DNA of 64,000 bases from Sphaerodactylus townsendi (GCF_021028975.2 NC_059432.1:69998001-70062000), one strand, 5' to 3'; numbered from the stretch's first letter, positions 1-12,969 are shown. Numbers and translations: made by a program. The notes: generated by a model not told the origin, from the letters alone.

Positions 1-3000
1 CATATACATCAATCACCAGCTTCCCAGTCAGTTTGGTGACTTCAAAGGTTTGTTTCCTTTGACAAACTCCTCCATGAAGTCCCTGAATTCATTTAGCAGT
101 CATAGGAGAGAAGAAATGTGTTATCATCTGATTAAATAACTAGTTAAACAGCAGAAAGGCTAGGGAAAAAGACAGGTTTCACAATGGAAAGTCATGAGGA
201 TTGGGGTTGTTTCTTACATTCAAACAATCTGTAATTTGGAATGACACTGAGATGCTGAGGTTTGCAGATGACAATGAATTATCCAGTATCGTGAAACTCT
301 TAAGCAGACAGAGGAATGGTGTGGCATAATGGTTAGAGTGTCAGATTAGGATAAGCAAGTCTGAATCCCTTGCTCAACCATGAAGGTCTGCCAGGTGACG
401 TTGGGTCCATCACAACCTATCAGCCTAACCTATTTTCATAAAGTTGTTGGTGTGAAGACTAAGCACAGAAAGGGAAAATGAAGTGAAAAGCCACTTTTGG
501 TCAGGGAGACAAATGGGATACAAATAAAAAAATATATAAATAACAATAACAATAATGATAAAAATAATCAACTGTAAAGAGTTTCATAATATTATCTCCA
601 AGTTATATGATGAATGGGCAAATTAGAGTAAATGTAAGAGAGCATAAAGTTATGCATATCAGGACAACCAAACCCTATACATACATAGTGAACTCTTTAT
701 TACTATACTCAGGACACACTGGTGGCGGGAAAAGAGAAGATTACACACTAGGAATGATTAAGTAAAACCACCAGTACATAATGCCTTTATACAAATTTGT
801 GGTGTGGTTGTATCTATACAGTTCTGGCTGCTGAATTTCAAAAATGACTGGCAGCATTGGAAAAAGGCAACCAAAAAGGACAAGGAATTGGAACATCTTC
901 TCTATAAGGGAAGGCTGAAACTTTGAATACTTTCTAGTGCAGAAAAAAAAAAGATGGGGGAGGGGGGTGGACAGGGAAAGTCATCCGAGTTATGGATGTA
1001 CATAAAGGTGCTTGCCCAAGAGCACCCAAAATCCTGCCAAAGGCACAGCTACTATCCTTCGAAAAAGGCAAGAGATACTGCTTGAAACCTTGGCTGTCCT
1101 GCCACATTCCTGGCCCTTTGAGAGACAGCATGGGCAATTTGCTAAGGGCAAGTTTGCAAACAGGGTTTACCCATACTAATAAGAAGGTCTGCACAGGAAT
1201 TGCTTCAGGAAAGGAACTTCCTTACACATTTGCCTCCATAAGAATGTGCCAAAATCTCTGAGTGAACACTCAGATGTACACATATGCCTCAGAACCACAG
1301 CAGGGATATATTTACCTTTTCCACACCATATAGAACACAATCATTACTGCTTTAACTTAATACTGTTCTACTGAAACTACCTTTATCCATTTCCACTTAA
1401 AAACTTGCAGTACTAAATGCTCATCGACTGAAAATTTACTTGTGGTCCCTGACAGTCTGGCTGGCCTAAACCAGGGCCAGGGTTTTTCTGAATGGGCAAA
1501 TTCCTGGTGGAATGCTCTGTCTAGTGAGACCAGGTCCCTGTGGGATTTGATGCAGTTCTGCAGGACTGGTAATGTTTTACCAGGCACATGGTTGAAACAA
1601 CATCTGACCTCCTCACCTTCCTCCTTTCCTTCTGTTGTGATTTTTACCAAGTTAGGTGGAACTTGAAACTTTCATCACCATCTTGGAATCTGTAGAAATT
1701 ATGTGTAGTTTTAAAATGTATACATTTTATTGTGTTTATTATTGGGTTTAGACTGTGTATATATTTTGTTGGAAACCACCCAACCCGAAGTGGTGGGGCA
1801 GTATAGACATTTAATAAAACAAAATAAATATGTTGTATTATATATAGAACATGGGCAATAGCAATGTTAAAGATTAGAATCGAGACATGCAAAAGCCAAG
1901 GGAGTAATAAGTAAGATTAAAGGTCAAAAATCTTTGCCAACTGATTGCTTGCGAGGTTGCAACATGTAATCCCACCAGTGAAATAGCAAAATGAGTTAAT
2001 AATGATTTCAAAGGCACACAACAAAGAATGTGGGTTATTTATATGGTGGGGCTATAAATGTATGGTATTTCACAGATAAGGTTGGTGCAATGTTTTTTTC
2101 GTCAGCTGAAATTGGACAGATTACTTTACTACAGATGACCACAAAAATGTAGAGCACAGAGAAAGCTGTATAAGGGCAATTCCAGTTTAATTCTCAGGTT
2201 CCATCAGTTTCTTAAGATTTTTTTTTAACAAGTGAAAACTAAACTGACTCAGCCTTTACACTGGAACATGATATGTTTCTATAGATGGATATAGAAAGTT
2301 AACGGTATAATTTATAAGAGACAGAAAATATAATGAGGCATTTTTCTAACACACAACCAAGAGCTAGCATGAGCTTTGATTTGTATGCCATAACAGATAT
2401 TCTAAAATATTGACGTTTAAGATTTAATAATTACAAAAAAAATGTCAAACACTGTGATTGACTACAATGGAGAAAATCTATTATTGTCCCACAGATTCAA
2501 AAGACAGCTTACTTCCCTAAAGGGCCAGCAAGCACTTTGATGTGGCAAAAATAGCTCCATGTCTATTGTTAAGCAAGTTCAATGAGGATCTTACCTGGAC
2601 TATTCCATTTAATATACATGTGACCTTGATGTACAGAGGGAGGAAAACTGATGCAGCAGCCACACAACTGCAACAGTCTACATCAAAATAAGCCCCATTG
2701 TACCAGAATAGCCATTAACCACATATACAATTACATAGGAAACATTTGGGTAATCGAGGCACAGGTGTAACAAACAAGAGACCTTTAAGCCTGTTATGGG
2801 GATATAGACAGGAATCACAGAATGGGCACATGTACACAGAACACATGTACACAGTCCATGTAGACACATGTACACAGAACAAATAAGAGGGGATTGAATC
2901 CACACTGGCATATCTGGATAACCTCATGGTTGGATCTATGTCAAAGGAGCCCTATTATTAGCCTGCAATATATTTACTTAAGTTAGCAGGAGTTGTACTT

Positions 3001-3499
3001 ACCAGTTATTTTAACAGAAGAAGCCTGCTGATTGAATAGACAAGTTTAGAACTATGGAAATTAGTATTGCCAACTGTCTTCCCATGATCTGGTTAAATGA
3101 GAGTTTGGACCCAATGGCTCTGTAGCAATAGGAACAATTATCAGTACTTTTTCCTTGATGAGTTTGCAAGTTCACACTTTTCAAGCGCCAGTGAACTTTG
3201 TAGTTAGAGATGCTCTCATCTTGGAAAGTCAGTTAAAATAAATACAGAAAAAAGTTAGATTAATTAGGACATTAAGAGTCGACACTGGCCTTGCTAGGTC
3301 ACATGTAACTCATATACATATGTTGATAGTCTTATTTGACTTGTGTTGATTATCTCATATTTAGTTATGAACCAATCAATTCTCTAGATATAATCAGATG
3401 ATTATAAAGATCGGATTTAGAAAAATATAAGGACTGATATTTTTCTAAAAATAAGCACTCCTGTGACAAGCAAATATCTCTGGCTGGAAGTCTCAGAAA

Positions 3500-3728
3500 A
3501 ACCTTTATAGCCTGCTTTTCACTACCTTTAACGTGTCTCAAAGCAGCTCAAAATTGCTTTCCCTTCCTCTCCCCATAAAAGATGCCTTGTGAGATACATG
3601 GGGCTGAAAGAGTTGTGAGAGAACTGTGACTAGCCCAAGGTCACCCAGCAAGTTTCCTGTGGAGGAGTAAGGAAACAAACCTAGTTCAATAGATTAAAGT
3701 CCACTGCTCATAATCACTACACCATGCT
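3500..3728 (-). mobile_element. SINE fragment (Squam3-like)
   Basis: gagaactgtgactagcccaaggtcacccagca...aatcactacaccatgct. Confidence 0.7.
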
Positions 3729-3826
3729 AGTGTATTGCTTAAGGTGAGATTTCTAGGACAACTTGGGCTTTTTGATAATTCCTAAAAGCAGTGAGACAAA
3801 AGTTAAAATCTGATTTGTTTTTTAAA

Positions 3827-3898
3827 AAGCTATTACTTGCTACAATATGTACAATAAGCTATTACTTGCTACAATATGTACAATATTACTTGCTACAA
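3827..3898 (+). repeat. Short tandem repeat (~29-bp unit, ~2.5 copies)
   Basis: aagctattacttgctacaatatgtacaat repeated. Confidence 0.85.
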
Positions 3899-5179
3899 AA
3901 TGTTTAAACAACACTAAAAACTGCACAGGTTTTCGGTCTGGTTTGACACTGAATAGTTCGGAGAACTGAACTCTATCCCTTACTCTTTCATGTTATCATT
4001 GTTAAAGGTTGTACATCACCTTTTTATTGATAAATTCTGGAGAACTCCTACCGCTGCTAAAGATTTTGCAAGGTGGCAAAGTCTTTAAAACTGCGTAATT
4101 ACTAGAGTCACTCCTAATGGACGATGTGAGAGGGAATGTTTTGTTACAACGCCACAATCAATGAATACCCCCCCCCAATATAAAAGAATCATACTGAGAG
4201 TCTGTGTAGTTCCTGATAGTTCATTCTTAAATATCCTTTGAAGTCAATAGGCTCAGAAGGGTGCAATTCTCCTTGGAATGGAACCTTCAGTCCAAAGAAC
4301 TTGACACATTTGCTCAGCAACCCTAACCACCATTGTCATCATCCTTCACTGATGCCCCAAGAAAAGCCCCTGCTCACTGCTCTGAGACATGTGTTGCAGG
4401 GATTTGAATGCTGTATAAGGACCGAGGGGACACGGGTTTAATTTCCATTCACTCATGAAACTCACTGGGTAACTGGGGATCAGCTTGCATCCAATCTAAC
4501 CTACAGGGTTATTGGGAGGATAGAGGAGGCAAGAAGCATATAATTTGGCCTGAGCTCCTTGGAGAAATGGCATACCAAAAGCATGATACAGAATGGGAGA
4601 ACTGCTTGTTTCTGCTCCATGAAAAGGAGGAATCTATTCAGCACATGCTCAAAAGCTCCTGATGATTGCTTCACATACTCTGAAGCTAAGCCTGAATATT
4701 AAAACTACACTCTGGACTCAGAGCTCTGTCCCCTGTCCAAATAGCTGTGTGCACCCCAGCAACACATGTAAGCAGCCAGACCCTGAGGCCTTTCTATCAT
4801 GCCCAACATCACACACAAAACACACCGTTGTTGTTGTTGGTTGCTGTACAATTAGGCAGATAAAGAGTTCTGAAGATTGCAAAAAAAAAAAAGCTCTATT
4901 ATTTTGTGACAGCTGGGGGTGATTCTCATCAAAGCAACACTCCCAAAAATATCTTCTGGGAGTTTGGGACTCGTTATAAATCCAGACACACAAACACAAG
5001 AAAGGGAAAAGGGCATCTGCGGGGACAGCTCCTCAAGGGCAGCTTTGAATCTTTCAAGACGTCATCCATTTCTCTGGCGTTGATTAAAGAGGCCTCCCTT
5101 TCCCCAAGGTACTGGACCACCGAGACGTCTCGCCAGCCAGGGCTCCATTACTCAGGCCTAGTCCACTGTCTACCCACTT

Positions 5180-5620
5180 TGCCTCCATATCGTGTGTATC
5201 TGCACGTTCGACTTGGCAACACGTGACGCTGCTTGCGCCTTAAGCACGGGCTCGTGCCCCTCTCCTGGAAGGGCGGGGGAGGAGGCTAACGAGCGCGAGC
5301 CGTGTCCTATTCCTCAACTGACCTTGTGCATCCCCGCCGCTGGTGAGCACGGCCAGAGCCACGCCGGCGCCGGCCATGCGCAGCTTCTCCAGGTCCAGCG
5401 CCTCCGAGCCCAGTCCAATTCCCGCCATTGTCCCGGCCGTTCTCGAAGCTCAAGGACTCCGATTGAATGACAGACGCCAGGCACACCAGGAGCAAACCCT
5501 GAACCCCGGTCCCTTTCAGCCACGCCTCTGCCGCCCAACCTCTGGCTCCGCCCGCAGGAGGCGGGGCTACCTGGCTGACGTACCCACTCCGAGGCTTTCA
5601 TCACCTGATGCCCCCTTCTT
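5180..5620. promoter_or_regulatory. CpG-rich promoter/first-exon region of PFKL
   Basis: Local GC/CpG enrichment against an AT-rich background, with GC boxes (ccgccc/ggcggg) upstream of the ATG. Confidence 0.7.
5323..5428 (-). CDS. PFKL: 6-phosphofructokinase, liver type, coding exon 1 (gene continues off the left edge)
   Basis: Translates MAGIGLGSEALDLEKLRMAGAGVALAVLTSGGDAQ-G. This matches the PFK N-terminal motif VLTSGGDAQG and the PFKL-type DLEKLR. Strong Kozak (acaATGg), phase-1 donor G|gtcagt at 5322, CpG-rich context. No exon 2 (MNAAVRAV...) seen in 1-5300. Confidence 0.92.
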
Positions 5621-5719
5621 GCAGTGTCATAGTTCTGCCTTGTGCTGCAGTCATCTGGGGGAGGCGGGGAGGGGGAAAAGGTTGCATATTTGTAAAGTGC
5701 AATTTTTAGTACATTATTT

Positions 5720-5950
5720 TAGAGGTAAACGGGCCAGAACTCGGTAGGGCTTGTTGCTACCAAGTAGACGTTCATAGGCTTGCACAAATTCGCTTCAGGG
5801 ATGCCATGGAGCTCAACATCACACAGTGAAATAAAGTGCATTTATATAGAGGTAAACGGGACAGAACTCGGTAGGGTTTGCTTCTCCCTAGTAGGTGTAC
5901 ATTGTCTATCACAACTTCGGTTCAGGGATGCCATGGAGCTGAACATCACA
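5720..5950 (+). repeat. Diverged tandem duplication, 127-bp period, upstream of PFKL
   Basis: tagaggtaaacggg..cagaactcggtaggg...ttcagggatgccatggagct.aacatcaca at 5720-5823 and again at 5847-5950. Confidence 0.85.
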
Positions 5951-7329
5951 AGCTTGTTACTATTTCAGTCCATGCTTGTTTGTTCCTGAGGATTTTATAC
6001 ATTTTATACCCGCTTCACTTATGTATTGTCATAGTGAGGTGCCATGAGACATAAACTATATGCCTGGTACAAAATATTTCAGTCCTTTTACTGTGCATTT
6101 TCATCCAAGAAATGCTGATTTTGTTTGCTCTGCCTAGTCAGGGGTCTCCTGTGACTCACTAATTTGGTATGGTACTTCCCATTTCTGTTCTGGTTAATAT
6201 TTGCAAAGATTCCTAATATAACCAACCAGTAGGTGTCAATCATTGTCCACCTTTCCACAGCTAAGTTACTTTAATCCTCAGAAGAAAATATACTTGCCTT
6301 GCTGATAGGAATGCCATTCTGATACCTGAAGTTACAATAAACATTTGAAACCTCGTCGTAGGAGCTGTAAGTGTGCCTCTGTGCCTGTGCCTCTGACAGC
6401 TCCTATTCAGGCTGGGTGGGTCTTCACTCATCAAACCCTTAAGATGTAGTTCCAGAAAGCAGACAAAACTGCAGGGTCATCCATGCAATGGGAAACATAC
6501 AGGATGTTCTCACTCTTCAAGGTCTATTTGGGAAGTTTCTGGTTTGTTTATGTGAATTAATCCATAAAGCACAATGAGAATAGGTCGGGATGTGTCTGAT
6601 ATTAGCAGGTTTATAACTTAAAACCTAGTCCTTTATCAATGTATGTTACTGACATAAACTTACAGAAAAGGCAGACAGTATATCCATAAGGAAACAAAAA
6701 ATAGGATGGCCAAATAGATCAACACATCCTAGCACTCACAAGACTAATCTCTTCCTAAGATCACAGAAAAAAATCAGCTCAAAAATACAATAATAGCTGC
6801 TTCTCCTGCCCTGCACACTCACTGTTTTTCAGTATATGTACCACCGCCTTATTGAGAAAGTAATCAAGGCAGGTATCTCCATGTTTCTAAAAGAAAAGGA
6901 GACTTGTCATGCTGTATACAGCAAACAAACAAAAGCATGTTAATACTTCTACTACAATACAGTATGGGGTCCCAAATCATTGGTGGTGCAAGTTTCCTGA
7001 ATGTGAAATCATGCTTTAAACCGTGCTGGATGAAAGCACTTGCACTTAAGTGGTGTTCTTCCCTGTGAGAAGCTAATAGGCTGACTGAACATGATTATTT
7101 TCCCAGTTACAATGAGCATACAGTTTGTAAATATCATCTGTTTTAGCACACAAGAACATTTGCAAATACTGTTGCCTTTTCTTTCTTACCAAAATCTCCA
7201 GAATGATCTGGAAACCTCATTCTCTCCCCACCCCCTACGCCTAACTGTACAATTTTATGCAGTCTAATCAATGGGTTTAGAATGGAGTATTTTACACTGT
7301 CTGTTTCTAAAATTATATATACATACAGC

Positions 7330-7430
7330 CAGTGGTGAGATTCAAATAATTTAACCACTGGTTGTTTACAAGCGCCATTTTAACAACTGGTTCTGCCGAA
7401 GGGGTGTGAACCTGCTGAATCCCACCACTG
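7330..7430. mobile_element. Short hAT MITE
   Basis: TIR cagtggtgagattca / tgaatcccaccactg; TSD catacagc/catatagc. Confidence 0.8.
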
Positions 7431-8368
7431 CATATAGCTGAACTGAATCTGTTATGGTTGTGTAATTTTAAAATAAATTATCTTAGAAGTTCTTTGTGTA
7501 ATTCACCAAAAAAGGAACAAATATAAAACAATTTAAAAACTTTAATACTTCATTAGCTACAAAATCTATTTTATCATGATTTTTTTTAGAAAATGTATTT
7601 TTAAAAATACATATTCCTAGGACTCAGATATAGTGGTCTATAGCAATGGGCTTGAGGGACGCTGTTTTAAAAATGCTTCAAGTGCCTGTTCTTGATCCAG
7701 CCCAGAGCGTAGCAGGTTAAGGCACTTTCTTCCCCTGTACTTTTTCAGATACCAAAATGGCTGCACCCTCCCACTCCCCATCACTTGAAAAGGCATTTCG
7801 AGGGGTGGCAAACAAGACCACTTCCGCCTATTTCATTTGTGGCTTTTAAAATCACTTAAAAATTTAGCAGCATCCCCATAGTGGACAAGAGGATGCTGTG
7901 ATGGTTAAAATACAATACATTTACACAGCATATCCTGATTGAAACAATTATTCTTTTTCACAAAGTTGATTAACAAGAGATGTTTTCATTTCCTGTTTCA
8001 TTTAAAATAACTGCTTAAAGGGGATTTTGTCAGCTTAAAAAAATTCTAACTAAAGGATTTTTTTCTTTCTGTTAACTGGCAGCTACCTTTGTTTTTTTAG
8101 ATAGCTTACAAGTATTCTTTTTGTGTGAGTAGAACATTTATACTTTTCTGCTTGGTTGTCAAATATTTGGGAGAGACAACTCCAGCATAGTAATCATTAG
8201 GGAGTGGCCTCTAAAGATTAGAGAGAATCCTCCCTTTCTTTCAGAATTTGAAACTGCTTTTTAAATCTCTGAATTGGTGGTGGTGCTCTGACAATGAACT
8301 CAGTAGTAGACTCCATTGCTTCCTGTTGTCCCCTCCCCTCTATCAGTTGTCTCCAGATTTCTCTAGAT

Positions 8369-8554
8369 CAGTGGTTCTCAACCTGGGGGTTGGGACCCCT
8401 TTGGGGGTCGAAGGACCCTTTCACAGGGGTCGTCTAAGACTCTCTGTATCAGTGTTCTCCATCTATAAAATGGATAAATGTTAGGGTTGGGGGTCACCAC
8501 AACATGAGGAACTGTATTAAAGGGTCGCGGCATTAGGAAGGTTGAGAACCACTG
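8369..8554 (+). mobile_element. SPIN/URR1-like hAT MITE, copy 1
   Basis: 186 bp, TIR CAGTGGTTCTCAACCT, TSD ctctagat/ctctagac. Confidence 0.88.
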
Positions 8555-8827
8555 CTCTAGACCAGCGATTCCCAACCAGGGTTCCACAGCACCCTGGGGT
8601 GCCATGAGCACATCCAGGGGTGCAGCGAGAATGCTACTGCCCCCTCCCTTTACCTCCTACCCCTTTTTTATTTTCCGGGGGGGGGAGGGCTTCATCTCCC
8701 TTTCTCGTTTCTGTGCCTGCCTGTGCTTTTTTTTATCTTCCTGTTTCTCTCACCGCTTTACCAGTTGTGTCTGTGGCTGTTGTTCTGTTTCCTTCCATTT
8801 CTCCTGGGCTCTCTCACTCCTCCTCAT

Positions 8828-9036
8828 TTACCTTAGTTCCTTTCCTTTTTCTAGAACTTTTTCAGGCTGCAAAAGGCCTGTTCACAGTAAAAACGTCCTG
8901 ATGGGAACTATACTTCCCAGGAGACCTTGTGAGCCCCAAGGTCTCCAGGGAACTGTAGTTCCTCAGGCCGTTTTCACTGTGAACAGGCCTTTTGCAGCCT
9001 GAAAAAGTTCTAGAAAAAGGAAAGGAACTAAGGTAA
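8828..9036. repeat. Long near-perfect inverted repeat (hairpin) within a composite DNA-transposon remnant
   Basis: 8828-8888 is the exact reverse complement of 8976-9036 (61 bp). Pairing continues inward with few mismatches to a short loop near 8930. Confidence 0.92.
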
Positions 9037-9386
9037 GTGTGGGAAGGGGGTGGGGGGTGCCACTGGGGGAGAAGGGGGAGGGGCCTGGGGACAATTTTTC
9101 TGTGCCCCCAGGCGTGTGCCCGGTGCACGGTGCACCCCCCGTTCCCTTGTAGCTCCGCCACTGCTCCTCCACCCCCCCGGCCTTTCTTCCTCTATTTGAT
9201 TCCTGCTGTCCATTTCTGCAGCTGCTTCCTTATCTCCTCCCTTTCCTCCTAGCTCCTGTCTTGGCGTTTCCCTCTTTTGCGCCACTTCTCGCTCTGCACC
9301 TCTTTTCTTTCCCGCTTTTCCTTTGTGACCTCCCTGCCCACCCACCCACCCCCGGACTTCTCATGCTCCCGCTGCTCGCCTTGTGT

Positions 9387-9685
9387 TATGCTTTTTCCCA
9401 AACTCCCATTGCTCCTGCTCCAGTGGAGGCAGTGTTTTGGCTCCTTCGCCACCCAGGAGCTTGCACGTACTGGCAGCACCCCTCCCACGTGATGGTGAGG
9501 GCTCAGGGCTGGAGTCCGGAGCAAAGGCAAAATCTCCCTGCCTCCTGTCTCACCGCAGTCATCTAAATTCCACCCTCCCCCCACCCATACCCACACCTTT
9601 CGACCCTTCCCCACCCCAATACTCACCTACCAACCCTCTTCCCATCCCATCCCATCCCATCCCAACCCTTACCTTTCTTTCCTCC
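9387..9685 (+). repeat. ~295-bp segment, copy A (nearly identical to 12676-12969)
   Basis: Direct comparison shows two substitutions and one CCCAT unit difference; the ORF track also gives near-identical peptides. Confidence 0.92.
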
Positions 9686-10498
9686 CCCCACCCCAAGCCA
9701 TTAACCAGACTCTGATTCTCTACCCCCCAACCCTTTCCATCTACTCCTTCTGTAACCTTGCTGTGTTCTCCCCCTCCAGGACTCTGGCTGAAGTTTCTTT
9801 GAAGAGCTTATGTGAATGATGGCTTTGATGGACAGAAGACTGTCCTGCCCTTGAAGGGAAAATCAGGCACCCAGATGAGTGCATAGGCATGCTGCCCTAG
9901 CATTCAAGGGGGCACCTTCAAGAAATGTGTTGGGATGTTGGGGGGAATGCTGTGCCTCAGCCAGGTTTCTACTTTATCTACCTGAAGATCTGTGCTGTTG
10001 GGTTGTTCCTTTAAAACTAAACTGAAATTAAATAAATCTTCTTAGCTGTTTATATATTAATCCAGCCTCAGTTATCTCAATAACCTCCTTGTGCATCACA
10101 AACATTACCTCACAGCAGAGAACCCAAATCTATACACTCACTACCTGTAGAACATCTGGAGACTAAGGGAAGACTTATGGTTCAGAACAAACCTAGATTC
10201 CAAAAATATTAGGAGGCTGTGTGCATACCCTTAATAAGAGAAAAGGCTTGTTTCTGAATAACAAACCCACAAAGTTTTTAGCATGGCCATTTCTGTTACC
10301 TGAGGGTGTTTTTTTTAATCCTAGATGTTTCCAGTGACTCTAACAAAGCCCTTTTGGTACCTGAAGAGCCTTCTTTAAGTTTTGTGGTTTAGAATAGTAG
10401 CAGTTTGTTGGACTGGAAAAGATTCATCCTGCATAACTGATGCCAGGATAAAAATATTCCAATACTCCATTGGAAGCCCCTTCACACATATAATAAGA

Positions 10499-10666
10499 CA
10501 GTGGTTCTCAATCTGGGGGTCGATAGACCCTTTCACAGGGGTCGCCTAAGACTCTCTGCATTAGTGTTCTCCATCTGTAAAATGGATAAATGTTAGGGTT
10601 GGGGGTCACCACAACATGATGAACTGTATTAAAGGGTCATGGCATTAGGAAGGTTGAGAACCACTG
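10499..10666 (+). mobile_element. SPIN/URR1-like hAT MITE, copy 2 (small internal deletion)
   Basis: 168 bp, same TIRs and body, TSD taataaga/taatacga. Confidence 0.88.
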
Positions 10667-11780
10667 TAATACGATGTTAACTTTCTCCATATGATTTAAA
10701 AAATATTCTCCTGTCATTCATAATAGTCTTTTTTTCAAAGCAGGGACTGTGGGTATGACTGCTGCCACCAATCCTAATTTTATTGCTAGTTTTTTTTTAT
10801 TTGAAGCTTGAAATGTCAGTTTAACCATTTTTGAAGTTTTGTCTCCCTGTCTTAATGTGTCTCTCAATTGCTGATTCTTGCAACTGACCACACTTCTTAT
10901 TTTAAAACCTACTTCTCTTTGTGCGTTTGAGCATTCTCAGTGTCTGTACCCAGAGAAGAAGCTATCTACTCCTTAACCTGGGTACTTACTTTTGGTAAAT
11001 GTGCTTCTGCTACTTTCAGTTTTGGCTTTGCAATTTCTTTTTCTTTCTTTTTCTTTTTGTATTCAGCTGCAGTTTGCTATGCAAGGAATGTTCTTCTTTC
11101 CATAGCTCCCAAACTGGAACAATGTTTACTTCATTTTTTCCTTGCCTAGAGTTTTTTGTTGCACAGAGAAGTTATAATGCTTCTGCCCCCCCCCCCCTCA
11201 TCTAGTAGGTCTTTGCTGCAAAATACTCACGCAACTGACAGTTTCATCCACAATTTCAGTGCACTTCCTGTTCAAGTTCTACTACTCTTTCCAAACAATT
11301 TATAAAGGGCAGAGAGATGAAGCAACACATAAAGTTCCTACATCTGCTTGTGGGGTTAATCGCAGACATGTGGTGTTGGTTCTCTACTCTTTTTGTGCCA
11401 TAGTCCTAATCACAGCTGCTGTCAAGAAAACAAAAACACTGTGGTGATCTGAATATGGAACTTTCATCACATCTAGACTTTCAGATCTGAGGACAAATGG
11501 CAAGTGGGAATAGTTAGGCTTAGCATATTGAGGATGTGGTAAAGAGCTTTAAATGAAACAATTCTGAAAACCAGTAAAAATATCAGGAAAAAAATGTTGA
11601 CTACACACACACATCAGAGCCCCACCACTCCCCTATAAGCATTGTTCAGACTGAAGATCCAGTGTTTTGTTTCTTTTATTGATAGTTTTGAACTTTTACC
11701 CTCAAGGATTCCCTTTCTAGAGCTATATTTGGTGGTGAAAAGTGCCGTCAGGTCATAGCTGACTTGGTGACTTTGTAGGG

Positions 11781-11899
11781 CGTAGGTGTGAAACTCGCGG
11801 CCCTCCAGATGTTATGGACTACAGTTCTCATCATCCTGGCAGGGGATGATGGGAACTGTAGTCCATAACATCTGGAGGGGCGTGAGTTTGACACCTGTG
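11781..11899. mobile_element. Palindromic hAT MITE inserted in a SINE
   Basis: 119-bp fold-back (ctccagatgttatggactaca...tgtagtccataacatctggag), perfect TSD ttgtaggg. Confidence 0.85.
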
Positions 11900-12675
11900 T
11901 TGTAGGGTTTTCAAGTCAACAGACCTTTGGTGGTGGCTTGCTATTGCCTTCCCCCATGTAGGCTGAGAGAGTTGTAAGAGAACTGTGGCTGGTCCAAGGT
12001 CACCAGCATGATTCATAAGGGGGAGTGGGAATCGAACCCAGTTCTCCAGATTAGAGTCTGCCACTCTTAACCACAATCTCATGCTGGCTCTCCAGAGCTA
12101 CATTTACATGTAGCTAATTACCGTTATTTGCATAATAGTTGCAAGATGTACAGGCTCTTAGGTTTCTTTGCCACGTTTGGAGTTACATGGAACTTAAGGG
12201 TCAAAGGAATTGTGAAAGTAAACTCATGACTGAAAATGTGATCTTTCTGTTGTCTCTTGAGGGAAAGGTTTGTAAGCATGATTTCATCTGAAACCCCAAC
12301 CACGCCCTTTCTAGAAGAGGTCTTCTGAGACCACCGTTAGTTTAGCTCATGCCTGATTTAAGCACGTACTGGTTTGCAAGAACTTATCTATGTGACCTTA
12401 CTCATGCCCAATGTCTCATTTAAACTGTGCTGCGTATCTATGTGTGGAATGCAGTCATGGGTGTCATGCCTGCTTGGGCTATGGATCTTTGGCATGCCAA
12501 AGCTGCATGCAAACCCAGTTTAAATTAGATAATGTGCACATGAAACATTACACAGGCAAGATCTTCTAAACTGCCACATCGCATTAAAATAAGGCTTTGG
12601 TTGATGTGGGAAGGACATCACATATACAACATTGAGTCTAGTAATTTTATCCAATGCAAAATGTCCCACCATATA

Positions 12676-12969
12676 TATGCTTTTTCCCAAACTCCCATTG
12701 CTCCTGCTCCAGTGGAGGCAGTGTTTTGGCTCCTTTGCCACCCAGGAGCTTGCACGTACTGGCAGCACCCCTCCCACGTGATGGTGAGGGCTCAGGGCTG
12801 GAGTCCGGAGCAAAGGCAAAATCTCCCTGCCTCCTGTCTCACCGCAGTCATCTAAATTCCACCCTCCCCCCACCCATACCCACACCTTTCAACCCTTCCC
12901 CACCCCAATACTCACCTACCAACCCTCTTCCCATCCCATCCCATCCCAACCCTTACCTTTCTTTCCTCC
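12676..12969 (+). repeat. ~295-bp segment, copy B, flanked by (TA)n
   Basis: catatatatgc...cctcctatatatatatata. Confidence 0.92.

Noticed and set aside
3827-3898. ~29-bp direct repeats superficially like a CRISPR array
   Set aside because: Eukaryotic DNA, no unique spacers, simple tandem duplication
1-5300. Search for PFKL exon 2
   Set aside because: No MNAAVRAV-like exon seen; region is intronic with degraded CR1/L2/SINE remnants
8604-9715. Dense overlapping ORFs with repeated peptides (FPFSRTFSGCKRPVHS on both strands)
   Set aside because: Artefact of the inverted repeat and low-complexity pyrimidine tracts
9751-10104. Possible solo LTR (TGTAAC...AATAAA...ACA)
   Set aside because: No matching target-site duplication found, so ends and class cannot be supported from sequence alone
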